Origin: an uncultured SAR86 cluster bacterium
GTDB lineage: Bacteria; Pseudomonadota; Gammaproteobacteria; Magnimaribacterales; TMED112
Reading direction: 5' to 3'
NCBI GenBank assembly: GCA_902585315.1
Contig: CACIDC010000002.1
Coordinates: forward strand, 37,789 to 101,788
DNA: 64,000 nt
Positions 44,527 through 53,290 of the stretch are shown piece by piece. The notes below the pieces were generated by a model. The model was given only the letters and a program-made list of their open reading frames with translations, had not been told where the DNA came from and ran no database searches. Each line of letters opens with the position of its first letter. Position 1 is the stretch's first letter. Position numbers and translations under genes: made by a program.

Positions 44527-45221
44527 AAAAACTATTAATTACATTATTAATTTTTAGTGCATACAGCTATTCAGCAGGAGAAAATGATTGTGGCTCTCTA
44601 GAGAAGTGTGATGCTTTTTCATCGGATGTTCATGATTTATATTCTCTTCAAAGAGGCCTAGGTATTTACATGAATTATTGTGCAAGCTGTCACTCTCTAA
44701 AGCTTTTGAGGTGGAATAGGTTACAAAAAGATTTAGTCATTCCTGAAAATATTGTTACAGAAGAATTAATTCGAACTTCTGATACCAAAATAGCTGATCA
44801 CATGACTTTTGGAATGCCTGAAATATCGCCAATTGGTGCTCCAGACCTTACTTTAAGAACAAGAGTCAGAGGCGATGAGTGGATTTATACCTATTTAAGA
44901 ACTTTTTATGAGGATCCCTTGCAAACATCTGGATCAAATAATCTTGTTTATGTTGGAACGTCAATGCCAAATGTCTTGGTCGGATTGCAGGGCAATCAAG
45001 CCCTTGACAAGGATGGTAAGCTAGTAAAAATTTCAGAAGGTTCTTTGACTAAAGAAGAATTTGATAGATCTATGAAAGATTTAGTTAACTTTTTAGCTTA
45101 TGCAGCTGAACCTGCACGTATAACTAGAGAGAAAAATGGTGTATTTGTTATATTGTTTTTTATAGTTTTTACTGCTGTTATGAACCTTCTATATAGAGAA
45201 TACGCAAAGGAGCTTAAATGA
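44523..45221 (+). CDS. petC: cytochrome c1
   Basis: 232 aa with a signal peptide, the haem-binding motif CASCHS and a C-terminal TM anchor. Follows petB. Confidence 0.9.
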   Translation: MKKLLITLLIFSAYSYSAGENDCGSLEKCDAFSSDVHDLYSLQRGLGIYMNYCASCHSLKLLRWNRLQKDLVIPENIVTEELIRTSDTKIADHMTFGMPEISPIGAPDLTLRTRVRGDEWIYTYLRTFYEDPLQTSGSNNLVYVGTSMPNVLVGLQGNQALDKDGKLVKISEGSLTKEEFDRSMKDLVNFLAYAAEPARITREKNGVFVILFFIVFTAVMNLLYREYAKELK

Positions 45222-45838
45222 TTTTTTATTCAGAAGAAAAGGGACACTACAGTCATATGATTAGAATTGTGCTTGCAGAAAAAGATATAGCTTGTGAGAT
45301 AAAAGAATTTGATCCTGAGGGTAAATTGCCCGAAGAACTTCCTACAATTAACCCCTACAACAAACTACCTGTTTTGGTTGATCGAGAGGTCACTATATAT
45401 GAGCCAAGAGTAATTCTTGAATATTTAGATGAACGATTCCCTCATCCACCATTGATGCCTATTTATCCAAATGAAAAAGCAGAATGTCGATTATTAATTC
45501 ATAGAATCGAAAAGGATTGGTTGCCGGTTGTTGACAAAATGATGAGTCCAAAAATTAGTCAAAAAGAATTTGATTCATTAAAAAAAGAACTTGTTGGATT
45601 GCTATCAGGAATAATTTTAGTTTTAAAAGAGAAACCATACTTCATGAGTGATGAGTTTACATTGGTTGATTGCTATATGTCTGCAATATTATATAGGCTA
45701 CCTTATCTTGGAGTGAGTTTGCCAAATACTAAATCCTTCGCGAGCTTAAGTGCATATCAAGAAAAACTTTTCTCTAGACCAAGTTTTGACTTATCTCTTA
45801 CAGACTCAGAAAGAGATTTAAAATATTCTTTTAATTAA
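45218..45838 (+). CDS. sspA: stringent starvation protein A (GST-like)
   Basis: 206 aa with SHMIRIVLAEKDI...INPYNKLPVLVDREVTIYEPRVILEYLDERFPHPPLMP. Conserved position after the rplM-rpsI and petABC blocks. Confidence 0.88.
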   Translation: MIFYSEEKGHYSHMIRIVLAEKDIACEIKEFDPEGKLPEELPTINPYNKLPVLVDREVTIYEPRVILEYLDERFPHPPLMPIYPNEKAECRLLIHRIEKDWLPVVDKMMSPKISQKEFDSLKKELVGLLSGIILVLKEKPYFMSDEFTLVDCYMSAILYRLPYLGVSLPNTKSFASLSAYQEKLFSRPSFDLSLTDSERDLKYSFN

Positions 45839-46898
45839 TATAAGATTTCGCAATCAACGCATCACTTGTGATTTGATAAATTCCAAGGAGCCCCCTAATT
45901 TCTCCTTTAACGTTATTTGCAATAGCATAACTAACAAGAAGTGCATCAAACCCTAAACAGTAACTTCGGCTTTTAGATAAATCGCTGTTAAATTTATTTT
46001 CATAAGTATGATCAATCAGCTTTACGTCATGCAATAAAATTTCATTTTTATCTATTTTTTGATCGAAATTTGAGGTGAGGGAGAAGATTTCGTAATCTAG
46101 CCCATAATTAAATCTTACTAGTGATGCTATTTCATACAATCTGCTCAAATCTTCTGTAAAAATTACTACTTGTGAAAAATCTTTTCTGGTTCGAGGAACA
46201 AACTCAACGTCAGAAAAACTTGCTTGATCTATATTGTTGAATCTTGCTTTGCTGTCAGAAACATCTAAAAAATTTTCAATTCTATTTGATGGATTGCTTT
46301 GAACTTTTATTGTTACAGCTTCTTTGTTTGCACTGAACCACTCATTTTTGAAGGTTTTAATTTGTTCTGCATTACTATTTTCATCCTCGATAAAGCCTAT
46401 CCTTTCAGCCCTTTCATTTAATAGGTACTTTTGAAGCGTGTAGATTTGAGATTTCTGACTGAGTGAAATTGAATAATTATCTTCGGCATCATTTAAAAAA
46501 AGCGCTCTATTTTTTAAAAGTAAACCATCAATACTTGAAACAACTTCACTACTTAAAGGACCGATTAAAAAATTATTATTTGCCTCTGATAAATTTAAAT
46601 TTTCTTGATTAATAAATTCCACTTCATTTGTAACTTTTAACTGATTCTTAGCCGCTAGAATGCCAAGTTGAAAAAAATTATTAAATTCGGAAAACTTTAT
46701 ATGGTCAGGAGATGCTACGATAAATTTATTTTGATAATTATTTCGCTCAAGATAATCTTCAATTTTAGTGATTCCTACAAATTTATATCCTTCAATATCT
46801 GGGACAAGTTTAGTTTTTGTAATACTTTCTTTAGGGGCGCTAGAGCAACTAGTTATAATAATTATTATTAATAATTGATAAAATTTTTTTTTAAACAT
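45831..46898 (-). CDS. lpoA: penicillin-binding protein activator LpoA-like lipoprotein (C-terminal PBP-type domain only)
   Basis: 355 aa with lipobox IITSC. FLIGPLSSEVVSSIDGLLLKNRALFLND resembles the LpoA C-domain block GPL.K..V..L....P.LALN. Divergent from rsmI, as in E. coli and Pseudomonas. Confidence 0.6.
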   Translation of the reverse strand: MFKKKFYQLLIIIIITSCSSAPKESITKTKLVPDIEGYKFVGITKIEDYLERNNYQNKFIVASPDHIKFSEFNNFFQLGILAAKNQLKVTNEVEFINQENLNLSEANNNFLIGPLSSEVVSSIDGLLLKNRALFLNDAEDNYSISLSQKSQIYTLQKYLLNERAERIGFIEDENSNAEQIKTFKNEWFSANKEAVTIKVQSNPSNRIENFLDVSDSKARFNNIDQASFSDVEFVPRTRKDFSQVVIFTEDLSRLYEIASLVRFNYGLDYEIFSLTSNFDQKIDKNEILLHDVKLIDHTYENKFNSDLSKSRSYCLGFDALLVSYAIANNVKGEIRGLLGIYQITSDALIAKSYIN

Positions 46899-47727
46899 GG
46901 ATTTTTATATTATACCTTCTCCAATAGGTAATCTTGATGATATTACTATTAGAGCAATCAATGTAATAAAAGAAGTTGACTTTTTAGTAGTTGAAAACAA
47001 ACTTACCACCAAGAAATTATTGAAGAATCTAAAACTTGAAACAAAAAAAATATTTACTTACAACGATCACTCAACGAAAGCTGATAGACGAAATATTTTA
47101 AGTCAATTAAAGGAGGGCTTAAGCGGTGGAATAATTTCAGATGCAGGGACACCATTGATATCAGATCCTGGCTATAAGCTGATTTCAGAGCTCATATTAA
47201 GTAATGTAAACATAATTTCTTTGCCAGGACCTACTGCACTTATAACAGCATTGACTGGAAGTGGTTTACCAACAGACAAATTTCAATTTCTCGGATTTCT
47301 TCCAAAAAAAAATAAAGAGTTAGTTGCTGCACTTGATGAATGCTCTGATTTCTCGGGCACTTCAATATTCTATGAAACACCACATAGGTTAATGGCGTCA
47401 TTAGAGATAGTTGATCAAATTTTTGGATCTAAGGTTCATATTTGTGTGGCAAAAGAATTAACTAAATTACACGAAAATTTTTTTAGGGGTACCCCAAAAG
47501 AAGTTTTGCAAATATTTAGTGAAAAAAAAGACCTTATCAAAGGTGAATTTGTTTTAATGATATATTTTGATAATAAAGATCATGACTATTCAAATGCTGA
47601 TAAAGTTTTTCAAAATTTAAAATCAAAATTTTCTATTAAAGAAATATCAATATTGGCTTCAGATTTAACAGGAATAAATAAAAATTTACTTTATAAAAGA
47701 TTTTTGTCTTTTTCACAAAAGTCCTGA
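46897..47727 (+). CDS. rsmI: 16S rRNA (cytidine1402-2'-O)-methyltransferase RsmI
   Basis: 276 aa with IPSPIGNLDDIT, SDAGTPLISDPGYKL and FYETPHRL. Confidence 0.92.
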   Translation: MDFYIIPSPIGNLDDITIRAINVIKEVDFLVVENKLTTKKLLKNLKLETKKIFTYNDHSTKADRRNILSQLKEGLSGGIISDAGTPLISDPGYKLISELILSNVNIISLPGPTALITALTGSGLPTDKFQFLGFLPKKNKELVAALDECSDFSGTSIFYETPHRLMASLEIVDQIFGSKVHICVAKELTKLHENFFRGTPKEVLQIFSEKKDLIKGEFVLMIYFDNKDHDYSNADKVFQNLKSKFSIKEISILASDLTGINKNLLYKRFLSFSQKS

Positions 47728-47733
47728 TATCAT
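47704..47733 (+). promoter_or_regulatory. putative rnpB promoter embedded in the last codons of rsmI
   Basis: -35 TTGTCT (47704-47709), an 18-nt spacer, then -10 TATCAT (47728-47733). The predicted start at about 47740 coincides with the rnpB 5' end inferred from P1 pairing. Confidence 0.3.
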
Positions 47734-47740
47734 ATGGTCC

Positions 47741-48069
47741 TGAGTTGGTCGAGCTATCGCTTATTTTAATAAGAGGAAAGTCCGGACTTCAAAGAGCAAA
47801 GTGCCAGTTAATTGCTGGGAGACGCGAGTCTACGGCTAGTGCAACAGAAAATAAACCGCCATTTTATGGTAAGGGTGAAAAGGTAAGGTAAGAGCTTACC
47901 GCCTAAGTAAAATTAGGGCATGGCAAACCCCACTTGAAGCAATGCCAAATAGAGATCTAATTACGTTGCTCGCGTAAGATCAGGGTAGGCAGCATGAATG
48001 TTTTGGTGACAAAACATCTAGATAAATGATGGCTTAAAACAGAATCCGGCTTATAGACCAACTCACTCC
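47741..48069 (+). ncRNA. rnpB: RNase P RNA (bacterial type A), compact
   Basis: P1 pairs GAGTTGGTC (47742-47750) with GACCAACTC (48056-48064). The universally conserved P4 strands are present: GAGGAAAGTCCGGAC and ACAGAATCCGGCTTAT. Also AGTGCAACAGAAA and GGTAAGGGTGAAA, as in E. coli M1 RNA. The ends are approximate (plus or minus a few nt). Confidence 0.93.
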
Positions 48070-48088
48070 TCTAATTTAAAATCATCAT

Positions 48089-49189
48089 ATGACTTGGCAA
48101 ATTTTAGACTCAAATTATGAGCAGGCGAAAATTACAGTTATTGGTGTAGGTGGAGGTGGAGGTAATAGCATTCAACACATGATCAAATCTGATATAAAGG
48201 GAGTTGAATTTATTTGTGCAAATACAGATTCTCAAGACTTAACAAAGATTCAGAAAGCAAAAAAAATTAAATTGGGCCAAGAATTTACAAAAGGTTTAGG
48301 AGCTGGAAACGATCCAGAAAAAGGCAGGATTGCTGCAGAACTTAGTATACCTGAAATAAGAGAAGCACTTGAACATACTGAAATGCTTTTTATAGTTGCG
48401 GGTATGGGTGGAGGAACTGGGACGGGTGGTTCTCCTGTTATTGCAAAAGTTGCTAAAGAACTAGGAATTCTTACAGTTGCTGTCGTTACAACACCATTTA
48501 AATATGAACAAGAAAAAAGGGCTGAACAGGCAAGAGCTGGAATATCAAAATTAATGCAAAGTGTTGATTCATGTATTGAGATAGACAATGAAAAAATTTT
48601 TGAGATTTTCCCAGCTAATGCACAGTTTAATGAGGGTTTTAATGCAGTAAATGAAGTAATTACAAACGCTGTTAGAGGTGTTTCAAACGTAATTTTGAAT
48701 CCTGCCACAATGAATGTAGATTTTGCAGATGTCCAAGCGGCAATGTCTCAAAAAGGTATGGCAATAATGTGCATAGGCAAAGCCAAAGGATTAAATCGTG
48801 CTATAGATGCAGTAAATAATGCACTCGATAACCCATTTTTTAACAAAGCTGAAGTTAAGAATGCTAAAGGCTTGCTGATTAATATATGTGGAGCGTCAGG
48901 AATGGAAATGCAAGAAATCAATGAAATAATGAAACAGGCACAAAGTATTAGCCAACAAGGTGTAGAAGCTATCCCAGGCCTTACAATAGATGAATCTTAT
49001 GGTGATGAAATAGTTGTAACGATTATTGCTACAGGTCTTAGAAAATTTAATTTAGATGAATTTTCAAACTCTTACATAAGGCCTGTAAGAGATATAAGTC
49101 CAGTGAGAAAAGAATCAGAAGCATATGTTGATCCTGAGAGATTAAACCTAATTGACATACATAATGTAATACGGAGCATCGAGGATTAA
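48089..49189 (+). CDS. ftsZ: cell division GTPase FtsZ
   Basis: 366 aa with VIGVGGGGGN, the tubulin signature AGMGGGTGTGGSPV and NVDFADV. The C-terminal peptide LIDIHNVIRSIED aligns with E. coli YLDIPAFLRKQAD. Confidence 0.97.
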   Translation: MTWQILDSNYEQAKITVIGVGGGGGNSIQHMIKSDIKGVEFICANTDSQDLTKIQKAKKIKLGQEFTKGLGAGNDPEKGRIAAELSIPEIREALEHTEMLFIVAGMGGGTGTGGSPVIAKVAKELGILTVAVVTTPFKYEQEKRAEQARAGISKLMQSVDSCIEIDNEKIFEIFPANAQFNEGFNAVNEVITNAVRGVSNVILNPATMNVDFADVQAAMSQKGMAIMCIGKAKGLNRAIDAVNNALDNPFFNKAEVKNAKGLLINICGASGMEMQEINEIMKQAQSISQQGVEAIPGLTIDESYGDEIVVTIIATGLRKFNLDEFSNSYIRPVRDISPVRKESEAYVDPERLNLIDIHNVIRSIED

Positions 49190-50075
49190 ACATACACCAA
49201 TACTTCTGAAAGAATCTGTAGATAACCTAATTTCTGATCCAGATGGCTTTTATCTGGATTGCACATTTGGGAGAGGAGGGCATACAAAAAAAATCTTGGA
49301 CAAACTTTCATCGAAAGGGCAACTAGTTTCATTTGATTTAGATGATTCAGCTATGGAAGCTGCTAAAAATATTAAGCATGAAAATTTTAGATTCATCAAA
49401 ACAAATTTCTCAAAGATTGATGAATTTATTAAAGATAATTCTTTAACAGGAGTTTTGATTGATTGTGGGGTCTCATCACCACAGCTTGATGAGCCTCAAA
49501 GAGGATTTAGTTTTCAAAAGAAAGGGCCTTTGGATATGAGATTCAATCAAAAACAGAAACTTACATGCAAAGATGTAATTGAAAAATTTAGTGAAAAAGA
49601 AATTTCCACAATTCTTTGGAAGTTTGGTGAGGAAAAGGAATCTAGAAAAATAGCTAAATCAATCGTTAAATACAGAGAAAAAAACGTGATCAATAATACC
49701 CTAGATCTTGCAGAAATAATTAAAGCAGCCAAAACAATTAAAACAAAAAAACATCCGGCAACAAAGTCATTTCAAGCCTTAAGGATGGCTGTAAATTCAG
49801 AAATTGAAAATCTTTCAGTTTGCCTTGAAAAAATTAAAGATAAACTAATTAAATCCGGTAAATTAGTAATAATTTCATTTCATTCTCTTGAAGATAGGAT
49901 TGCAAAACAAACATTTAAACCAAAAATCAATTTTTATGAAAAAGATATCCCTTTGAAACATCAAGAAGTATTAGATGAATTTAAGATAAGTAAAATTATT
50001 TATCCTTCTACTGAAGAAATTTCGCTGAACCCAAGAGCTAGAAGCGCTAAAATGAGGATTGTTGAAAAATTATGA
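49185..50075 (+). CDS. rsmH: 16S rRNA (cytosine1402-N4)-methyltransferase RsmH; start codon uncertain (probable ATT)
   Basis: The frame is open from 49170. Conserved KHTPILLKESV and the SAM loop TFGRGGHT lie upstream of the first canonical start, which is the TTG at 49296 used by the track. Downstream motifs are DCGVSSPQLD, ISFHSLEDRI and NPRARSAKMR. The only start-like codon before KHT is ATT at 49185. Confidence 0.85.
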   Translation: MKHTPILLKESVDNLISDPDGFYLDCTFGRGGHTKKILDKLSSKGQLVSFDLDDSAMEAAKNIKHENFRFIKTNFSKIDEFIKDNSLTGVLIDCGVSSPQLDEPQRGFSFQKKGPLDMRFNQKQKLTCKDVIEKFSEKEISTILWKFGEEKESRKIAKSIVKYREKNVINNTLDLAEIIKAAKTIKTKKHPATKSFQALRMAVNSEIENLSVCLEKIKDKLIKSGKLVIISFHSLEDRIAKQTFKPKINFYEKDIPLKHQEVLDEFKISKIIYPSTEEISLNPRARSAKMRIVEKL

Positions 50076-50323
50076 AAATTTTAGATTACTTTTTAGCAAT
50101 ATTTTTTCTAGCTTTTTTAGCTCTTTCATTCTTAAAAGTTTTTCTTGTTTTTGAATATAAAAGAAACTTTATGCATCTTGATAATGTTCAAGAAAAAATC
50201 TTTAAATTACAGAATCAAAATTCAAAGTTAAATGTTGAAATAGCTCTCTTGAAATCATCTCCATATATTTATGATAAAGCTCTAGGTCTTGGAATGACCG
50301 ATCCTGATATTGATGATGAGTAA
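50072..50323 (+). CDS. ftsL: cell division protein FtsL
   Basis: 83-aa bitopic protein with a TM helix followed by a coiled coil. Called by its position between rsmH and ftsI. Confidence 0.7.
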   Translation: MKILDYFLAIFFLAFLALSFLKVFLVFEYKRNFMHLDNVQEKIFKLQNQNSKLNVEIALLKSSPYIYDKALGLGMTDPDIDDE

Positions 50324-51899
50324 GTTAAGATTTCTTTTCTTTATTTTTTTGATTCTTCTATCAATACCTGGTTATAGATATTATCAACTTAACCAAGAGC
50401 GAGATTTATTTCTTGAAGCTGCAGAAATTAGAAATACTGCATCTGAAATTAATCTGCAACCTAGAAAAAAAATATTAGATAGAAATGGAATAGAACTAGC
50501 AACTGATATTTTGAGGCCAACTTTATTGTTTAAAAATGAGAATGATAAAAATATTGCAAAAGATATTCTGGTCAAACAATCTCAAGAAATTTTTTTGAAT
50601 ACTAAAAGAAGAATCTATCTAGAAAATAATATTTCAAAATCAATACTATCAGAGATTCAAAAAGCATGCAGTTGTGTGCCAATAAGGGAAGACACATTCA
50701 AGAGGTATTATCCATTTGGCAGTATTTTTGGTCCTGTTATAGGTTTCTCTGGGACTGATGGAGGTCTTGAAGGTGTAGAAAAAGTAATGAATGAAAATCT
50801 AGTAATTGACGAAAGAAAATCAATATTCAGGCAAAGCGGAAGAGGTGAGAAACTCTACGGCCAATTAGAGGATTTTATAAACCTGGGAAATAATGAAAGT
50901 GTATCTCTTACTCTAGATACAAACTTACAATTTAAACTTTTTAATGAATTGAAAGAAGCAATTTCAACTTCAAAAGCTAAAGGGGGCTCTGCATTAATAA
51001 TGAATGCTGAGTCAGGTGAAATACTAGCAATGGTAAGTTATCCAACATTCAATCCAAATAACCCTGAAAGAGTTATTGAAAGAAATAAAGTAGTTGACGA
51101 TTTTTTTGAGCCAGGTTCATTAATTAAACCTGTAACTGTAGCTGGAGCACTAAAACTAGGCCATATTCAAAAAGATAGTGTTATTAATACAAACCCTGGC
51201 TTTGTAACACTTTCTGGTTTTAAAAGGAGTGAGGCAGGAGGCAAAAATTTTGGCAGAATAAATCCTTTAGAAACTATTTCAAAATCATCTCAAGTTGGAA
51301 TAGCAAAGATTGCTATCAAATTTTCATCATCTGAGATGCGAGATAATCTTGGTCAATTTGGTTTCGGAAAAGAGCTTAAAATGCAATGGATTAATAATTC
51401 TACTGGAAAAATTATTGATAACCCTAAACTCTACGATATTGACAAAGCATCATTAGGTTATGGGTATAGTTTGACCTCTAACTCACTACAAATAGCTAGG
51501 GCTTACAGCGTTTTTGCTAATGAAGGTGTAATGGTAGAGCCTAGGATCTTGCCAGACATTCAATCTAAAAGAGTGAGAGTTCTTAGTAAATCTACTGCTT
51601 CATTTATATTAGACTCACTAAGAATGACAGTCTTAGATGGTACAGCATCAAACCTTAAGAATGAGAGAGTAGAAATAGCAGGGAAAACAGGAACATCAGA
51701 AAAATATATTGAGGGTGTTGGCTACGCTTCTGAAAAATACATCTCAAGTTTTGCTTCTATTTTCCCTTATAACAACCCAAAATTTATTATGATTGTCTCA
51801 ATTGATGAACCTGATCCTAATAAATATTTTGGAGGTGATGTATCTGCACCTGTTGTAGGGAAACTATCTAAATTTATGATGAGGTTAAAGTATCTATGA
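50310..51899 (+). CDS. ftsI: peptidoglycan D,D-transpeptidase FtsI (PBP3)
   Basis: 529 aa with an N-terminal anchor, SxxK (PGSLIKP) and KTGT (AGKTGTSE). Confidence 0.92.
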   Translation: MMMSKLRFLFFIFLILLSIPGYRYYQLNQERDLFLEAAEIRNTASEINLQPRKKILDRNGIELATDILRPTLLFKNENDKNIAKDILVKQSQEIFLNTKRRIYLENNISKSILSEIQKACSCVPIREDTFKRYYPFGSIFGPVIGFSGTDGGLEGVEKVMNENLVIDERKSIFRQSGRGEKLYGQLEDFINLGNNESVSLTLDTNLQFKLFNELKEAISTSKAKGGSALIMNAESGEILAMVSYPTFNPNNPERVIERNKVVDDFFEPGSLIKPVTVAGALKLGHIQKDSVINTNPGFVTLSGFKRSEAGGKNFGRINPLETISKSSQVGIAKIAIKFSSSEMRDNLGQFGFGKELKMQWINNSTGKIIDNPKLYDIDKASLGYGYSLTSNSLQIARAYSVFANEGVMVEPRILPDIQSKRVRVLSKSTASFILDSLRMTVLDGTASNLKNERVEIAGKTGTSEKYIEGVGYASEKYISSFASIFPYNNPKFIMIVSIDEPDPNKYFGGDVSAPVVGKLSKFMMRLKYL

Positions 51900-53290
51900 A
51901 AAACCCTTTTTTAAATCTCAGTTCAAATGAAAATCTGGTTACAAATTCAAAATATTTAAGAAAAAATGATATCTTTTTATCCTTAAGAGGTGGAGCAAAA
52001 TACCTTACAACTGAACATGTAAATCTTGTTAAACATATTTTTCTCGATAGTAATGAAAATATTGATTTGCCAAAAGTTTCCAAAATAAAGGATCTTAATA
52101 GTTCATATTTAAAATGGATAGATGAGTACTTTCAGATTGATCATTCATATTTTAATAATCTTTTCATTACAGGCACGAATGGAAAAACTACAACTCTAAG
52201 CTTTTTAAGCCAAATTCTGGAAAATAATGGTATCAAACATGCTTCATCTGGTACATTAGGAACTTTCATAAATGAACAAAAGATTTTTAACAATGAGCTC
52301 ACTACGGAAGAGCCCGTTTTCATTAGAAATCTTATGTCAAAATGTTTTCGATCAAGTATCAAGAATATTATTTTTGAAGCTTCATCCATTGGAGTTGATA
52401 AAAATAGATTACAGGGCTTAAAGGTCAATCATGCCATATTTACCAATATTTCCAGAGACCATCTTGATTATCATGGCTCATTGCAAAATTATATTAATGC
52501 TAAGTTTAAGTTAGTTAGCAATGCAGAAGTTAAGACAGTAGCTATAAATTTTGACGATGAAATAATATCTAGTCAACTGAAAAAGATATGCTCAAAGAAG
52601 ACATTTAAGATTTCGTCTAGAAATAATAAATCAGATATTTTTTTTAAAGTTCTAAAGTCCTATGAGGATGGAAATATTGAATATTTAGTAGAAACACCTT
52701 GGGGAAAATTTCAAGCTGCTTCTAAAATTGAATCCAAATTTAATTTATATAATTTATTTTTAACTTTACCTTATTATCAATTTATCAATGATAATTGCGA
52801 AGATTTTTTTGCTAAAGCTCAGGATCTCTCATTGCCATTTGGTAGATTAAATAAAACTGAAAAAGGGAATGTGTATATTGATTATGCTCATACACCCAAA
52901 GCTTTAGAATCCGTATGTGAATGTCTGTACAAAAAGAAAAAAAATAAATTAATAATTGTTTTCGGAGCTGGAGGAGAAAGAGACAAAGGTAAAAGGGCTT
53001 TGATGGGAGAAGTCGCAGATAAATATTGTGAAAAAATTTATATAACTTCTGATAACCCTAGAAATGAGGATCCTCAGCTAATAGCAAATATGATAGTAGA
53101 AGGAATAGAAGAATTGGATAAGATTTGTATGGAACTTGATAGATCTCGCGCAATTAAAAATGCTATAAATGAGCTTAGCGAAGGAGACATACTCCTTATT
53201 GCTGGTAAGGGCCATGAAAATAAACAAATTATTGGTGATGTATGTTTAGATTTTTCTGATTATGAGGAAGTAAAAAAGTGTATGTTTTGA
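51896..53290 (+). CDS. murE: UDP-N-acetylmuramoyl-L-alanyl-D-glutamate--2,6-diaminopimelate ligase
   Basis: 464 aa with ITGTNGKTTT, a Mur ligase central domain and DNPRNEDP. Confidence 0.92.
   Translation: MKNPFLNLSSNENLVTNSKYLRKNDIFLSLRGGAKYLTTEHVNLVKHIFLDSNENIDLPKVSKIKDLNSSYLKWIDEYFQIDHSYFNNLFITGTNGKTTTLSFLSQILENNGIKHASSGTLGTFINEQKIFNNELTTEEPVFIRNLMSKCFRSSIKNIIFEASSIGVDKNRLQGLKVNHAIFTNISRDHLDYHGSLQNYINAKFKLVSNAEVKTVAINFDDEIISSQLKKICSKKTFKISSRNNKSDIFFKVLKSYEDGNIEYLVETPWGKFQAASKIESKFNLYNLFLTLPYYQFINDNCEDFFAKAQDLSLPFGRLNKTEKGNVYIDYAHTPKALESVCECLYKKKKNKLIIVFGAGGERDKGKRALMGEVADKYCEKIYITSDNPRNEDPQLIANMIVEGIEELDKICMELDRSRAIKNAINELSEGDILLIAGKGHENKQIIGDVCLDFSDYEEVKKCMF

Noticed and set aside
49286-49293. 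The A8 homopolymer in the rsmH 5' region as a frameshift explaining the missing start.
   Set aside because: The conserved RsmH sequence is continuous in one frame across the run (GGHTKKIL), so no frameshift is needed. The anomaly is the start codon, not the frame.
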